64,000 bases of DNA, from NCBI GenBank assembly GCA_039799905.1, contig JBDLRP010000013.1, forward strand, positions 32,001 to 96,000, read 5' to 3'. Below the pieces are notes generated by a model, which saw only the letters and a program-made list of their open reading frames with translations, ran no database searches and was not told the origin of the DNA. Source of the DNA: Pseudomonadota bacterium. Its GTDB lineage: Bacteria; Bdellovibrionota_B; Oligoflexia; Silvanigrellales; Silvanigrellaceae. Below, piece after piece: positions 50,609-64,000 of the stretch; within the stretch, counting starts at the first letter, position 1, and every line of letters starts with the position of its first letter. A program made the translations under genes and the position numbers.

Positions 50609-51775
50609 GTGGCTCAGGACCCAATATCAGCCAATCAGAGTGTCCGCCGCGGAATGGACGACCTTGTAGTTGACACGACATCAATCAGTTGGGTCAATGG
50701 ACAACAAGGCCGACTCTACTATCGTGGCTTTCGCGTCGAAGACCTCGCCGAAATGGCCAGCTTCGAAGAAGTGGCCTACCTCCTGCTCTGTGGTCATCTC
50801 CCCAACCAGCGCCAATTGAATTCGTTCAGCTGGAAATTGCGGCAGCTTTCGCATACACCCGAAAAAACAATCCGTATTTTGCAGGAACTGCCCCGGCACA
50901 CGGCTCCGCTCGCTGCGCTTCAAACGGCTTTGGCAGCGCTGGGCTGCACCGACCCCGGTCCAAAATACTCCGAAGAAGAGACGTTGCTCGGACTTGCCAT
51001 GCGCGTCATCGCACAGACACCCATCATTCTGGCTGCGTTTTATCGACTGCATCAAGGCTCACCAATTCTCTCGGCGCGTGATGATCTGTCGCATGCGGAA
51101 AATTTTCTCTACATGCTGCACGGACAAGTGCCCTCGAAAAAGGCTGCCCGCGCGATGGAAATTGCGCTGATTCTGCAAATGGACCACGGCTTCAATTCGT
51201 CAACTTTTACCGCGCGCGCCGTGGCTTCGACACTGACGAACATGTACGCGGCAACCAGCGCGGCTGTCGGCGCCCTAAGTGGTCCGCTGCACGGCGGCGC
51301 AAGTGAACAAGTTGTTGAAATGCTCGCCGAGATTGAAGAGTGGGGCGACACCGACTCATACCTTGATCATCTGTTTGCCTCGGGTGGCAAGGTGATGGGC
51401 ATGGGACACCGCGTATACAAACAAACAGATCCACGCGCTGTGGTCTTTGAACAATTACTGAAGGAACTCACCGCAAAGGAAGAAAATCCCAAAGACATAA
51501 AAATTCTCGCACACGTTGCGAGGCGGGCGCGAGAACATTTCGCCGCGCGCGATCGTCCGATTCACGTCAATGTGGATTTTTGGAGCGGAGCTGTCTACCG
51601 GCGACTGGGTATTCAACCCATTTTGTTTCCAGCAATCTTTGCTGCGGCGCGGATCGTCGGATGGTGCTCGCACATCATTGAACTCCGCCAGAACAACCGG
51701 CTCTACCGACCGCTGTCTTCCTACACCGGTCCGATTGATTTGCCATTTAAACCCCTTGCAGACAGACCCGCATGA
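50609..51775 (+). CDS. Citrate synthase / 2-methylcitrate synthase family
   Basis: GRLYYRG, DH..NSST, GPLHGGA, GMGHRVYK, NVDF; GTG start behind AGGAGG. Confidence 0.9.
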   Translation: MAQDPISANQSVRRGMDDLVVDTTSISWVNGQQGRLYYRGFRVEDLAEMASFEEVAYLLLCGHLPNQRQLNSFSWKLRQLSHTPEKTIRILQELPRHTAPLAALQTALAALGCTDPGPKYSEEETLLGLAMRVIAQTPIILAAFYRLHQGSPILSARDDLSHAENFLYMLHGQVPSKKAARAMEIALILQMDHGFNSSTFTARAVASTLTNMYAATSAAVGALSGPLHGGASEQVVEMLAEIEEWGDTDSYLDHLFASGGKVMGMGHRVYKQTDPRAVVFEQLLKELTAKEENPKDIKILAHVARRAREHFAARDRPIHVNVDFWSGAVYRRLGIQPILFPAIFAAARIVGWCSHIIELRQNNRLYRPLSSYTGPIDLPFKPLADRPA

Positions 51776-53175
51776 TTTTTCGACTGTTGGTCATTTTGAG
51801 TCAGACAATTGCAACAACGGCGCATCTGCTGGCGGGGCTATTTCTGCAATTGTCACGCTCCGAAAAAACCCGCCTTTTCATTTCCGAACGCGCGAATGGG
51901 TCATGGGAAAAAGCAATTGCCGATGCACAGCGGGAAAAGATCCGACGCGGTTGGCAGCACCGTCCGACCTACTGGATTCACGTCGCAAGTGCCGGCGAAC
52001 TCGAGCAGGTCATTCCGATCCTCAAAGCACTGAATGCCAAGCACGGTGTGGTTTTCTTTCTGACTTATTTTTCCCCTAGTGCGATTCCCTTTCTGAAAAA
52101 TTGTCCGGCGCTGCTCGCCGCATCCAGCCTGCCGTGGGAAAGTAAAAGTTCATTCCGTCTTGCTCTTGTTGAACTTGACATCCGTCGCTTGGTTCTCGTG
52201 CGGTACGACTTTTGGCCAGTGCTCATCAGTACTTTTTCTAAAGCCGGAAAGCCGATCTGCATTGTGGCTGCCACGCTGAAAAAAGCGCGCTCACCGCTGC
52301 CTTCAATCATGCAAAAGCAGTTGCGCAAAATATGGTTTCGAAATGCGGATGCTATCTTTCTTGTCGACGGCAAAGAAAAGTCTTTACTTTCGACTGAAGA
52401 GCTCAAAGGTGATGTGCTGCATGTCGCTGGAGATGCAAAATGGCTGCGTGCACGCGAACGCGCCCTGAATTCAAAGTCGGTACCGTTGTCACGACAAATT
52501 GCAGGGCTTGCGAAACTTGCGGCGGGCGCAGGTACCGACGGACAAAAGCCCGTCTGGGTGTTCGGCTCTCCGCACCAGGAAGAATTGCAAGTTCTGCAGC
52601 GCTTGCTCGACAGCCACCTGCCACCGATGGTGGTTGTTGTCGCACCACATGAAGTCGATTCTCAGACGATCGCGGCGCTCAAAAAAGCTCTCCAGCGGAC
52701 GGACAACGACATTCTGCAGATCAGTCAATGCGGCAGCCACGACTGGCAGAGTTCCGCGGACAACGACAAGCCCGTGAAAATTGTTTTTCTCGACACATTC
52801 GGTTTTCTCGCCGAAGCTTACGCATTGGCTGAAGTTGCCGTGGTGGGCGGAGGTTTTGACGGCCAATTACACAACGTTCTCGAACCGGCGGCGTTTTTGG
52901 TCCCAACCCTGTTCGGAAATAGGGCGAGCCGCGCTCCCGAGGCGCAAATATTGCTCACAAGCAACGCGGCGGTCGGTTTTGCAACCTCGGAAATGTTATT
53001 TCAATTTCTCCATCGCTGGGGTACCCTTAAAAATGACAGCGCGGTCCGCTCGGAAATGTCGCACTTAAAGAGCGAGCTCCGCATGCGCGCCGAAGCGCTG
53101 TTTGCTTCACTGCCCGACACAAGTGAGGTCGTCTGCCGAGTGCTGGCATCGAAAGATGCGCTTGAGACCACCTGA
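51772..53175 (+). CDS. waaA: Kdo transferase
   Basis: WIHVASAGE, VGGGF, HNVLEPA. Confidence 0.85.
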   Translation: MIFRLLVILSQTIATTAHLLAGLFLQLSRSEKTRLFISERANGSWEKAIADAQREKIRRGWQHRPTYWIHVASAGELEQVIPILKALNAKHGVVFFLTYFSPSAIPFLKNCPALLAASSLPWESKSSFRLALVELDIRRLVLVRYDFWPVLISTFSKAGKPICIVAATLKKARSPLPSIMQKQLRKIWFRNADAIFLVDGKEKSLLSTEELKGDVLHVAGDAKWLRARERALNSKSVPLSRQIAGLAKLAAGAGTDGQKPVWVFGSPHQEELQVLQRLLDSHLPPMVVVVAPHEVDSQTIAALKKALQRTDNDILQISQCGSHDWQSSADNDKPVKIVFLDTFGFLAEAYALAEVAVVGGGFDGQLHNVLEPAAFLVPTLFGNRASRAPEAQILLTSNAAVGFATSEMLFQFLHRWGTLKNDSAVRSEMSHLKSELRMRAEALFASLPDTSEVVCRVLASKDALETT

Positions 53176-53217
53176 CTTAAGTCGACAGATTGAACACTTT
53201 TTTGAAAGATTTAAAAA

Positions 53218-54789
53218 ATGGTAGGCAAACAATTGATCATCAACGCTTCGGCGTTTGAGACACGCGTCGCGCTGATCGAAGGCGGACATGTTTCGGAATA
53301 TTACATTGAAAGACAACAAGAACGCGGAATTGTCGGAAGCATTTTCAAAGGCCGCGTCATGCGCGTCCTGCCGGGAATGCAAAGCGCATTTGTCGACATT
53401 GGCCTCGACCGCTCGGCATTCCTCTATGGCGGCGACATTCAGCCACCGGGTGGTCCCGCAAATGAATTGCCCGAGTTTTTCGAAGACGACGAACAGACCA
53501 AACTGACTCCGGCGACCGATGACTCCGCGCCCATTCCAAATACCGACATGGCCAACCCGGTTCCCACCCACCGTCCACAAAGGTTTTTCAAGATCGCGGA
53601 TCTGGTGAAGGAAGGTCAGGAGGTGCTGGTTCAGGTCGCAAAAGACTCCATCGGCACCAAGGGCGCGCGCATCACGACGTACTTGAGTTTCCCAGGTCGT
53701 TACGTCGTCTTAATGCCAAATATCAATCACATAGGCATCAGCCGGCGCATCATGAACGAGGAAGAGCGAAACCGCCTGAAGCTGATCGTTCAAAGGGTCC
53801 GCCCGGATGGCATGGGTATTATTGTCCGGACGGCGAGTGAGGGTGTCCCAGAGGAGAAGCTGATAGCCGACATCGATTTTCTTCTTAAGCTCTGGGAAAA
53901 CGTCAAAGCAAAGGCAACCAAGGCGAAACCCCCGAGTCTTGTGCACGAGGATCTCAACCTCGTCTTCCGCGCGACCCGCGACCTCATCTCGCGCGATCTG
54001 GAGCGAATCGTCATCGACAACAAAGACGTCTATGAAGACGTGGTGCGCTTTCTCAATCGCTTTTCCGTCAAACTGGGCGCACAGGTTCAGTTGTATCAAG
54101 GCGACACAGCAATCTTTGACGCCTATGGAATCGAACTGGAAGTTTCGCGGGCGCTGGGCTCAAAGGTGTGGCTCAAATCTGGCGGATATCTCATCATCGA
54201 GCGGACCGAAGCGCTGACCGCAATAGACGTCAACACGGGAAGGTTTGTCGGCGGAAAGTCGCTCGGCGACACGATTGTCAAAACCAATCTCGAGGCCGTC
54301 AAGGAAATCGTTCTACAACTGCGATTGCGCAACATTGGCGGGATCATCATTCTCGACTTCATTGACATGGACCGCCAGGACGACCGCGACCGGGTCTTCA
54401 ACGCGCTGCAGGAAGAACTCAAAAAAGACAAAGCGAAAACATCCGCGCTGCGGATTTCCGAAATGGGTCTCGTACAGATGACCCGCAAGCGCACTGAAGA
54501 AAGTCTTTCACAAAAATTGTGCACGCCCTGCCCTTATTGCGAAGGGAAGGGTGAGGTCAAAAGCCCCACAACGGTTGCTTATGACATCATCCGTGAACTT
54601 GCGCGCGAGTTTTCAAAGTTACCGGCAGAGAATTTTGTACTCAAGGCGCATCCACAGGTGATCGACAGGCTGTGCGAGGAAGACGCCCAATTCGTTCAAG
54701 AAGTCCGCGACCGCTTCTCGAAGAAAATCGTCCTCAAAACAGCTCCCGAATTCCACCTTGAGCATTATGAGATTTCGCCCATTCGCTGA
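53218..54789 (+). CDS. rng: Ribonuclease G (Rne/Rng family)
   Basis: VLPGMQSAFVDIG, KGARIT, IDVNTG, GGIIILDFIDM, CPYCEG; no RNase E C-terminal scaffold. Confidence 0.93.
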   Translation: MVGKQLIINASAFETRVALIEGGHVSEYYIERQQERGIVGSIFKGRVMRVLPGMQSAFVDIGLDRSAFLYGGDIQPPGGPANELPEFFEDDEQTKLTPATDDSAPIPNTDMANPVPTHRPQRFFKIADLVKEGQEVLVQVAKDSIGTKGARITTYLSFPGRYVVLMPNINHIGISRRIMNEEERNRLKLIVQRVRPDGMGIIVRTASEGVPEEKLIADIDFLLKLWENVKAKATKAKPPSLVHEDLNLVFRATRDLISRDLERIVIDNKDVYEDVVRFLNRFSVKLGAQVQLYQGDTAIFDAYGIELEVSRALGSKVWLKSGGYLIIERTEALTAIDVNTGRFVGGKSLGDTIVKTNLEAVKEIVLQLRLRNIGGIIILDFIDMDRQDDRDRVFNALQEELKKDKAKTSALRISEMGLVQMTRKRTEESLSQKLCTPCPYCEGKGEVKSPTTVAYDIIRELAREFSKLPAENFVLKAHPQVIDRLCEEDAQFVQEVRDRFSKKIVLKTAPEFHLEHYEISPIR

Positions 54790-55600
54790 GTCCGCGCAGC
54801 GCCTCGGACCTGTGGCTCATGCGGTTTTTCTCTTCGAGTGGGATACTGGCGAAAGAAAGTTGTGGGCACCGTTGCGGGAAAAACATCGCATCGTATCCGT
54901 GCCCCTCACCGGCGAGAAGCTCCTGCTCGAATGTGGCAACAAAGCCGTTGCAAAATCCCATCACCAGCTGAATACGGTATGAAGTTCCGAGCAGCATCAT
55001 CGTGCACTCATACGCATAGGCGGCTGTCTCGACCGCAGTGATTCGTGAATGCAATTTTTCAAGAATCTGCTGTTCCAGAGATTCCAAATGAATCAATAAT
55101 TCATCTTCTTCGAATGAATTTTCTCCGTCGCCCTCTGCGCACGGGCCAACATGAGTCGCAATCAGCAGAGAACAGACAAAAAATCCAGGTTCTTTGTTTT
55201 CTGCTGTGATATTCAAACGGCTCTTCAATAACTCAATTAAATATTTTCGATTGCGCGCGTCGTCGCGAGGTTCGCCCGCCAGTGTCGCTGAATTAACCCC
55301 AGGCAAATAATTCAGGCGTGGTATACATAAACCCGAATCATCTACAAGCACGGAAGTCGCACCGTGCGGTCGCAATTTTTCGAGCAACGGGATTGCCGCG
55401 GTTAATTTACGATAGCCATTTCCAGCAAAAGTCTGTCTATCTTCAACCGGTGTTTGCCACGCGTACTGCGTGCCGAGCAATTCAGATGCATCTTTTAGCC
55501 CTAAACACACGCGGTTTTCCTTGGCAAACGCATGCAAAAATTCACGAAGCTTTCCCGCGTTGCCCGTCGGTATCAAAATTGCACTCACAGCCAACCTCAA
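54734..55600 (-). CDS. rdgB: Non-canonical purine NTP pyrophosphatase (RdgB/HAM1) with internal insertion
   Basis: TGNAGKLRE, DDSGL, PGV.SA, GYD..F, KNRMSHR; start uncertain (55600 TTG or 55588 GTG). Confidence 0.82.
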   Translation of the reverse strand: MRLAVSAILIPTGNAGKLREFLHAFAKENRVCLGLKDASELLGTQYAWQTPVEDRQTFAGNGYRKLTAAIPLLEKLRPHGATSVLVDDSGLCIPRLNYLPGVNSATLAGEPRDDARNRKYLIELLKSRLNITAENKEPGFFVCSLLIATHVGPCAEGDGENSFEEDELLIHLESLEQQILEKLHSRITAVETAAYAYECTMMLLGTSYRIQLVMGFCNGFVATFEQELLAGEGHGYDAMFFPQRCPQLSFASIPLEEKNRMSHRSEALRGLSEWAKSHNAQGGIRELF

Positions 55601-55787
55601 ATCTTCATTTTGTTTATTGCCAATATTCTTTTTTGAACGAGCGAAAAAGACCCGAAAAAAAACACCGAAAAAAGACCAGCAAATGCTACAAATTTAAGCG
55701 GCAACTTTTTCCTCCTCAAAATTTTGTCGTATTTCAGGAAAAATCCTCTTTTTTTCGGATTCTTCCAACTTTTCCATGGACGAAACG

Positions 55788-55811
55788 AAAAAACCACCCG
55801 CTGTGGGGTGG
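55788..55811 (-). terminator. Intrinsic terminator after fsa/tal
   Basis: CCACCC...GGGTGG stem with T6 on minus strand. Confidence 0.65.
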
Positions 55812-55844
55812 CTCGTACGTATCACTTCGAGAATTTCGTCTGAA

Positions 55845-56501
55845 TCAGACGATTGACCGTTGATTGGCCTTCTTCCAGTCATCCATAAACGCTGCGAGAC
55901 CCTTCTCTGTCAGAGGATGCTGATACAAAGACATCAACACTTTATAGGGACATGTCGCAACATCTGAACCCGCCAGCGCCGACTGGATCACGTGTTGCGG
56001 ATGGCGGATGCTCGCTGCAAGGATCTGTGTCTTGAAGGAGTAATTATCATAAATGCTGCGGATTTCTTTAATCAGCTGCATTCCGTCCTGACTGATGTCA
56101 TCAAGCCTGCCGACGAACGGAGAGATGTAGGTCGCTCCACATTTGGCAGCGAGTAGCGCCTGTGCAGCCTGAAAGCACAGGGTGACGTTTGTTTTGATTC
56201 CGCGCGCGCTGAGTGCTTTACAGGTTTTCAATCCCTCGGGATTGAGCGGCAGCTTGATAACAATATTTTCGTGAATTTTGGCGAGCACATCGGCCTCAGC
56301 TAGCATTTCGGTCGCCGTCTGTCCGACAACCTCTGCCGAAATGGGCCCTGGAATAAGGCGGACAATCTCATTGAGAAGCGATTTGAAGTCCTGACCTGAT
56401 TTGGCGACCAGAGTCGGATTTGTTGTCACGCCGTCACAAATTCCGAGCTCGGCCATATGCCGGATTTCTTGAATATCTGCACTGTCGAGGAAAAATTTCA
56501 C
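55845..56501 (-). CDS. fsa: Transaldolase / fructose-6-phosphate aldolase (TalC/Fsa small type)
   Basis: [40 protein letters not shown]. Confidence 0.93.
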   Translation of the reverse strand: MKFFLDSADIQEIRHMAELGICDGVTTNPTLVAKSGQDFKSLLNEIVRLIPGPISAEVVGQTATEMLAEADVLAKIHENIVIKLPLNPEGLKTCKALSARGIKTNVTLCFQAAQALLAAKCGATYISPFVGRLDDISQDGMQLIKEIRSIYDNYSFKTQILAASIRHPQHVIQSALAGSDVATCPYKVLMSLYQHPLTEKGLAAFMDDWKKANQRSIV

Positions 56502-58036
56502 GGACTGAATACCCCCACATTATCAAGCGTCGCACCGTTGAAGCGCAACACCTGTATTTTGTTGTTGCTGAAAGAACTTGTAAGCAGATAATTGCCATTG
56601 ACGGTGAATGCCGACATGCCCGTCAAATCCAAATCACGGGTCAGCTGCGCAGCAATATTTCCGTCGGTCGCCGCCTGAATCAGGCTTTGTTCACGACCAA
56701 GGCTGCTACGTCCTTCTTCGACGCGCAACCATGAAAGCGTGCACAGACTGCCTGTGTTGACGACCTGAATGGACGGCACTGCAGTCCTTTTGTCTTTGAG
56801 ATTGGCAAACGCCGAATTCAAAGAAACAGCTGTGGGAGCGAGTAAATCACCCAAAATAGGTTGGCTCTCTCTGCCGGCCAAACGCGCGCGCAACTGGGTG
56901 GCTACCTGATCCCAACCCGAGAGTGAGACAATGTTCGATTCGCCGCCCTTTTTTACAACGACTGCAGCTGGCTGAGCGAGCCCTGCAAGAGGTCCGGACA
57001 GCTGACAGGGGGACGTTTGAGGGTCGATTGCGACGGCTGACTGATACTTCTGCTGAAAGGTGTAAGTGAGGTTCGCCTCAGCGGTCAGGTCGGCAGCAGG
57101 GTCGCCCTTTTGTCCATTGAGATTAAATGCCACCGGAACGAATCCAAGTGCCTGCGACAGCCCCTTACCTGCGACAAGCGCGTTCAAATCGACCACCGCC
57201 GCCGATACAGTTCTTAGGTCAAATGCCGTATTCGGCAATATAACGTTGCCTTTCAGCCAATCGAACGCACTCGGGTTTTTATCGCTTTTGTAATTGACCG
57301 TGCCTTGAGGAAAGGCGACGGCGAGTCCCAAACTGGGAAAAACCACAGGTGTGCCCCACGAGAGGAGGTACGCACCAAGCGGATTGTCGCGCGATGGACT
57401 GTAAAAATCCGCAGGCAACGAAGCCAATTTTGCAAGGCCGCCGGAGCGGGAATATTTGAAGAGCAAAACCTCGCCGCCCGCGATGTTTTCGGACGAGAGA
57501 GGATCACCAACCGACACAACGATCGTCCAAGTGTCGGTTTGACCGTCGACTGCACTCACGAGAATGCTGCCGATGCGACCCGACGGAACAGTGACAGAAT
57601 CCTTCGGATTAGCAGAGGAACTCGGGTTTCCTGCTGCGTCCAGATTGAATACCTTCAATTGACCTTGTGTGCCGGAGAAACCCGCGATCAAAAATTCTCC
57701 GCCCCGTGCGACACCGATTGCAGTGCCCAGACGGGGCGTTTGCAGCGTGGCCCTGGGGCGTGAGGGTGATGAAGCCGACGTTGGAACGGAAAAGGATTGC
57801 AGCGATCCGGTTTCGAATTCACCGCTCATCGATGCATTTAAAACGTAATAAACTGAGAGCGTGGGATGACTTGCGAGAGCGGCCGGAGTGTCCAACCGCT
57901 CGCCAATATCGGGACGCTCGGACTTGCCGCAGCTGCCCAGAGCAAACAAAGAAATTCCGGTGATAAACGCAAGCCACAGCGTGCTGCGCTTGCTCCTTTT
58001 GTACTGCAAGCGAGACACGCTGGCTGACTTCATCAC
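56498..58036 (-). CDS. Hypothetical beta-rich lipoprotein
   Basis: Lipobox LGSC, beta-strand-rich sequence, overlaps both gyrA and fsa. Confidence 0.75.
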   Translation of the reverse strand: MMKSASVSRLQYKRSKRSTLWLAFITGISLFALGSCGKSERPDIGERLDTPAALASHPTLSVYYVLNASMSGEFETGSLQSFSVPTSASSPSRPRATLQTPRLGTAIGVARGGEFLIAGFSGTQGQLKVFNLDAAGNPSSSANPKDSVTVPSGRIGSILVSAVDGQTDTWTIVVSVGDPLSSENIAGGEVLLFKYSRSGGLAKLASLPADFYSPSRDNPLGAYLLSWGTPVVFPSLGLAVAFPQGTVNYKSDKNPSAFDWLKGNVILPNTAFDLRTVSAAVVDLNALVAGKGLSQALGFVPVAFNLNGQKGDPAADLTAEANLTYTFQQKYQSAVAIDPQTSPCQLSGPLAGLAQPAAVVVKKGGESNIVSLSGWDQVATQLRARLAGRESQPILGDLLAPTAVSLNSAFANLKDKRTAVPSIQVVNTGSLCTLSWLRVEEGRSSLGREQSLIQAATDGNIAAQLTRDLDLTGMSAFTVNGNYLLTSSFSNNKIQVLRFNGATLDNVGVFSP

Positions 58037-60510
58037 TCAATCTCCTCGGCAGATTCCAATTGCGTCACGGGAGTATCATCAAACTCGCTCGGCTTACAAA
58101 CCGAGACAACCCGTTCGCCATCGAGAATGCGCATCAAACAAACACCCTGTGTCAGACGACCGATGACCTTCACACTTGTCGTATGAATGCGCAAGACCCG
58201 CCCGGTGTTGGTCGTCAGCATGAGGTCGGCCGCATCGGCCACCGAGAGCAGCGCAACAACCTTGCCATTACGCTCTGTCACGCGAATCGCACTCACACCC
58301 TTACCGGCACGTCCGGTGATTCTGTACTCCTCAAGCTCACTGCGTTTGCCATAGCCGAACTCGGTGACAACCAGCAGTTTCTCGCTTGCGGCAGGATCTA
58401 CCACTTCGGCGGCAACGACTGTATCGCCATCTTCCATGTTGATGCCCGTCACGCCACGCGCCGTGCGGCCCATCGAGCGAACTTCGTCTTCATTGAAGCG
58501 AATAGCACGGCCATTTGCCGAAGTCAGAATCATCTGATTGCGACCATTTGTGATGCGCACCGACACGAGTGAATCACCTTCATCGAGCGTCACAGCGCGC
58601 AAACCGGTCGCGCGGATGTTGGCGAATGCAGATAGCTCGGTCTTTTTGACCGTACCTTGAGCAGTACACATGAAAACAAACATATTCTCAGAGAATTCGT
58701 GCACCGGCATCATGGTGGTGATTTGTTCACCCGACTGCAGCGTGAGAATTTGCGCAATGGACTTTCCACGGCCATTTGCAGGCGCCTCAGGCAATTCATA
58801 AACCTTGAAGCAGTACACCTTGCCGAAGTTAGAGAACATCAACACGTGGTCATGTGTATGGGCACGGAAGGTTACCTTGACAAAGTCCTGGTCCTTGAGC
58901 GCCGCACCTGTTTTACCTTTGCCTGCGCGGTGCTGCGAACGGAATTCATCTTGCAGCACACGCTTGATGTAACCACCCTGTGAGAAGGTTACAAACACAT
59001 CCGCCGGCGGTACCAGCGATTCAAGATCTACGTCTGCCGCATCGGTGGTGATCTCGGTGCGGCGATTGTCGCCGTGTGACTCACGCAGTGCGACGAATTC
59101 ATCACGCGCAATGGCGGCAACGCGTGCTGGCTTGGCAAGAATGTCTTTGAGGTCGGCAATCGTCACCATAATTTCAGCGTGCTCAGCAACTATCTTATCG
59201 CGTTCAAGTCCCGTAATGCGCGACAGGCGCATTTCAAGAATCGCTGTTGCCTGACGGTCACTCAGCGAAAAGCGGGCAATGAGTTTCTCTTTTGCATCAT
59301 CCGGACTTGGCGCCTTACGGATAAGATCGATCGTCTCGTCGAGGTTGTCGACAGCGATCTTCAAACCTTCCAAAATGTGCAGGCGCTCTTCCGCCTTCTT
59401 CAAGCGGTAGTTCGTCCGACGTGTGATCACTTCAAAACGGTGATCAACGAAGTGGGAAAGAGCTTCACGCAAGTTGACGAGCTTGGGAACGCCACGGACG
59501 ATGCACACCATGTTGACGCCGAAGCTGTCCTGCAGGCGTGTCCGCTTATAGAGGTGGTTCAAGAGGATCTCGCCATTTTCGCCTTTTTTGACTTCGATGA
59601 CGATACGGATGCCTTCTTTGTTTGACTCATCGCGGATGTCCGAAATTCCATTGATTTCTTCTTCTTTGACAAGGTCCGCGATGCGCTCGATCAGGCTTGC
59701 TTTGTTCACCTGATAAGGCAATTCAGTGATGATAATTTGCTCGCGGCCACCCTTGGTCTGCTCAACGGTCGCACGACCACGCACCGAAATAGAACCACGT
59801 CCGGTGCGATAGGCATCATGAATTCCCTTAAGGCCGCAGATCATGCCTGCGGTGGGAAAGTCGGGACCTTTCACAAATCCCATCAACTGTTCGACTGATG
59901 CCGATTCGTTGTCGATGAGGTGAATGAGAGCATCGAGGACTTCGGTGAGGTTGTGCGGGGGAATGTTCGTAGCCATACCGACCGCAATTCCCGACTGTCC
60001 GTTCACGAGCAGCTGCGGAAATACAGTGGGCAAAACGAGCGGCTCACGTTCGCTGTTGTCGTAGTTTGGTCCAAAATCAACAGTATCTTCATCGAGCGAC
60101 TGCATGAGTGACTCAGACACTTTGGCAAGGCGGACTTCCGTGTAACGCATCGCGGCAGGACTGTCGCCGTCGATGCTTCCGAAGTTCCCCTGACCGTCGA
60201 TGAGTGGATAACGCATCGAAAAGTCCTGTGCCATACGCACAAGTGCGTCATAAACGGCTGTGTCTCCGTGCGGATGGTATTTACCAAGAACGTCACCGAC
60301 GATACGTGCCGATTTTTTGTAGGGCTTGTTGTGGACGTTGTTTTGCTCGTACATCGCGAAGAGCACGCGCCGGTGCACCGGCTTCATGCCGTCGCGCACA
60401 TCAGGCAGCGCGCGGCTGACGATCACGCTCATCGCATAGTCGAGGTATGCGTTTTTCATTTCTTCATTGATGTTGACCGCTACGATGCCCTGTCGAATTG
60501 CTTGTGACAT
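58033..60510 (-). CDS. gyrA: DNA gyrase subunit A
   Basis: [27 protein letters not shown], GyrA-box QHRAGKG, C-terminal pinwheel repeats. Confidence 0.98.
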   Translation of the reverse strand: MSQAIRQGIVAVNINEEMKNAYLDYAMSVIVSRALPDVRDGMKPVHRRVLFAMYEQNNVHNKPYKKSARIVGDVLGKYHPHGDTAVYDALVRMAQDFSMRYPLIDGQGNFGSIDGDSPAAMRYTEVRLAKVSESLMQSLDEDTVDFGPNYDNSEREPLVLPTVFPQLLVNGQSGIAVGMATNIPPHNLTEVLDALIHLIDNESASVEQLMGFVKGPDFPTAGMICGLKGIHDAYRTGRGSISVRGRATVEQTKGGREQIIITELPYQVNKASLIERIADLVKEEEINGISDIRDESNKEGIRIVIEVKKGENGEILLNHLYKRTRLQDSFGVNMVCIVRGVPKLVNLREALSHFVDHRFEVITRRTNYRLKKAEERLHILEGLKIAVDNLDETIDLIRKAPSPDDAKEKLIARFSLSDRQATAILEMRLSRITGLERDKIVAEHAEIMVTIADLKDILAKPARVAAIARDEFVALRESHGDNRRTEITTDAADVDLESLVPPADVFVTFSQGGYIKRVLQDEFRSQHRAGKGKTGAALKDQDFVKVTFRAHTHDHVLMFSNFGKVYCFKVYELPEAPANGRGKSIAQILTLQSGEQITTMMPVHEFSENMFVFMCTAQGTVKKTELSAFANIRATGLRAVTLDEGDSLVSVRITNGRNQMILTSANGRAIRFNEDEVRSMGRTARGVTGINMEDGDTVVAAEVVDPAASEKLLVVTEFGYGKRSELEEYRITGRAGKGVSAIRVTERNGKVVALLSVADAADLMLTTNTGRVLRIHTTSVKVIGRLTQGVCLMRILDGERVVSVCKPSEFDDTPVTQLESAEEIE

Positions 60511-60532
60511 AGTCTGCTACCCAGCCTTTAAT

Positions 60533-63049
<2,517 letters not shown>

Positions 63050-63089
63050 TCAAAACGGTCCGCCAGCCAATCAGCCGTCCCGCCAGCGA

Positions 63090-63998
63090 TTAAAAACGAG
63101 TCGGTACGAGCAAATAAAAGACATCGAGTCCTTTCTCTGCCTCACCAGTAATCATCACAGGACGGTTTACGTTCTCCCATGACGCCTTCAGAGTTGAGCC
63201 TGACAGAACGTTGAGGATGCCAGTGAGCAAAGTACCGTTGTAGTTGACGACAAAAGGCTGCTCGACAGGCGCCGAAAGTTCGACCACTTCTTCGCCTTCC
63301 TTGAGGCCAGGAGTGAAACTCTGGACATCAAGAACGGGTCCGTCAAAACCGAGCTTTATGATGCGGTTTTTGTCGGCAAAAAGCAGTACGCGGCGAACGC
63401 TCTCAAGCAACGGGTTCAAGCCGATCGTCACTGAGAAGTTTACCTTCTGCGGAATGGCCGATGTATAGGGAGGATATTTTCCAGGAATGCACTTTGAAAC
63501 CATCAAGTAATTTTCGGTTTCAACTGCGAAAAACAAACGCTCACCATGCCAGCGCAGACGATAATCCGCGTCTGGATTGGCAGCGCAGAGCCGGCGCAAC
63601 TCATCCAATGCCTTTTTAGGTACGAGCACCGAGCTGTCTTCAACATTCTCTGCCATCAGACCGTCTGTCAGCTGAGCCTTTGCAAGCCGGTAAGCATCAG
63701 ACGCGACCGCCTGAAGATTGAGTCCGTTTGAGGAATCTGCCCAAATCAAAGCGCCGTTTGCGTAAAATCTTGTGTCATCGGTTGAAACGAAATCGCGGAA
63801 TGCATTTACCCAGCGCTCGAGAAAATCTCCTTTGACGACAATTGAGGTTCCTTCTTGCGGAACGATGACGTCGGTCTGTGTCTGGTCTTGGACGAGTTGC
63901 AATTTTGCGGAAGAACGACCGCACTTCACCACGAGACGTTGTGGTAGTTCGGCAACGAGAGTGATTTTTTCCGGAGGGAGCTGGCGGACATATTCGCT
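63090..63998 (-). CDS. dnaN: DNA polymerase III beta clamp (5' end beyond window)
   Basis: Frame open to window edge; EYVRQLP, DDTRF..NG, ASDAYRLA, LVPKKAL, GKYPPY, YLLVP; upstream of gyrB. Confidence 0.88.
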   Translation of the reverse strand, partial: SEYVRQLPPEKITLVAELPQRLVVKCGRSSAKLQLVQDQTQTDVIVPQEGTSIVVKGDFLERWVNAFRDFVSTDDTRFYANGALIWADSSNGLNLQAVASDAYRLAKAQLTDGLMAENVEDSSVLVPKKALDELRRLCAANPDADYRLRWHGERLFFAVETENYLMVSKCIPGKYPPYTSAIPQKVNFSVTIGLNPLLESVRRVLLFADKNRIIKLGFDGPVLDVQSFTPGLKEGEEVVELSAPVEQPFVVNYNGTLLTGILNVLSGSTLKASWENVNRPVMITGEAEKGLDVFYLLVPTRF

Positions 63999-64000
63999 CA

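Noticed and set aside
55601..55844. Candidate oriC in AT-rich intergenic region
   Set aside because: No TTATCCACA-type DnaA boxes seen

Overview
A gene-dense, roughly mid-GC stretch of core chromosome from a Gram-negative bacterium (lpxC, waaA, tolQRAB present). The mix of a CarD/CdnL homologue, a lipoprotein trypsin, a TraF-like barrel and an encoded tRNA-Arg(UCG) suggests a Bdellovibrionota/Oligoflexia-like or other 'delta' lineage, which is inference only. It holds about 55 CDS, including a split methylmalonyl-CoA mutase, groES-groEL, sucCD, kefF/kefC-type genes, ssb, lpxC, dnaJ, cysS, cobS, carD, tgt, ndk, tex, mtnP-gloB-cupin-HAD, a SNF2 ATPase, pduO, tolQRAB, cmk, accA, citrate synthase, waaA, rng, rdgB, fsa/tal, gyrAB and a partial dnaN, plus two tRNAs. 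I saw no CRISPR array, integrase, transposase or prophage, and no clear-cut novel multi-gene system. The best leads are: (i) a highly self-complementary, switch-like leader upstream of carD that can pair over its Shine-Dalgarno; (ii) an identical promoter architecture CTTGACA-N13-GCTTAG(G/C)TT before groES and dnaJ, with no CIRCE; (iii) a secreted protein built from eight LIG(E/T)xG(R/K) repeats behind an operator-like palindrome; (iv) several intact enzymes with altered active-site motifs (maltokinase-like, Fic/Doc, YyaL); (v) a possible variant MTA-salvage operon; (vi) a HARP-domain SNF2; and (vii) an attenuator-like terminator directly in front of tex. All product calls rest on motif recognition, not database searches.
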